Positions 24,346 to 24,549 of a stretch of DNA of 24,549 nucleotides are shown here, one piece after another. A program made the translations under genes and the position numbers. The stretch comes from a virus. Taxonomy: Duplodnaviria > Caudoviricetes. The stretch is from positions 1 to 24,549 of the IMG/VR virus record IMGVR_UViG_3300032335_000021; one strand, 5' to 3'. The notes below the pieces were generated by a model. The model was not told the DNA's origin, searched no databases, and worked only from the letters and a program-made list of their open reading frames with translations. Positions within the stretch are counted from its first letter, which is position 1. Every line of letters starts with the position of its first letter.

Positions 24346-24549
24346 GTGAACTTCGGCGAGATAATGAAGATGCTGGTTCCCGTCCTTATTGCCTGCATCG
24401 CATGGCTCTTGGGGCAGGTCACATCCTTCAGCACTCGGCTGACCAAGATTGAGGGTCAGATGCCTGCGCTTATCACGCCGGAGGGTGTGCCGACCGACAG
24501 CCCCATCTCGGCAGAGCGCCGCCAGCGTCAGAAGGAAGAACTGCTCGAC
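24346..24549 (+). CDS. Partial membrane-anchored protein, runs off the window
   Basis: GTG start after GAGGGG (alternative in-frame GTG at 24322); hydrophobic MLVPVLIACIAWLLG segment; no stop before the end. Confidence 0.6.
   Translation, partial: MNFGEIMKMLVPVLIACIAWLLGQVTSFSTRLTKIEGQMPALITPEGVPTDSPISAERRQRQKEELLD

Noticed and set aside
1-24549. tRNA, rRNA, CRISPR array, integrase or diversity-generating retroelement
   Set aside because: No cloverleaf, repeat-spacer array, recombinase or reverse transcriptase motifs were seen by eye.

Overview
Fragment of a tailed dsDNA phage genome (Caudoviricetes, probably podovirus-like with a P22-type portal) with two divergent arms. Left arm (about 43-4492, minus strand): an early-type region of small genes plus an SprT-like metalloprotease and a MoxR/CobS-like AAA+ ATPase with a vWA-like partner, driven by two sigma70-type promoters. 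Right arm (4981-end, plus strand): terminase small and large subunits, portal, GroES co-chaperonin, scaffold, major capsid, small basic proteins, head-tail adaptors, a tail fibre with an S74 chaperone domain, an HNH endonuclease and membrane proteins. The most notable signals are non-coding: a consensus type II hammerhead ribozyme between the first two early genes (4208-4259, minus), a ~270-nt GNRA-rich structured leader ahead of the first early gene, a double-pseudoknot RNA element after the capsid gene, and a palindrome-rich terS-terL spacer with its own promoter. Protein family calls are from motif recognition only; no database searches or folding programs were run.
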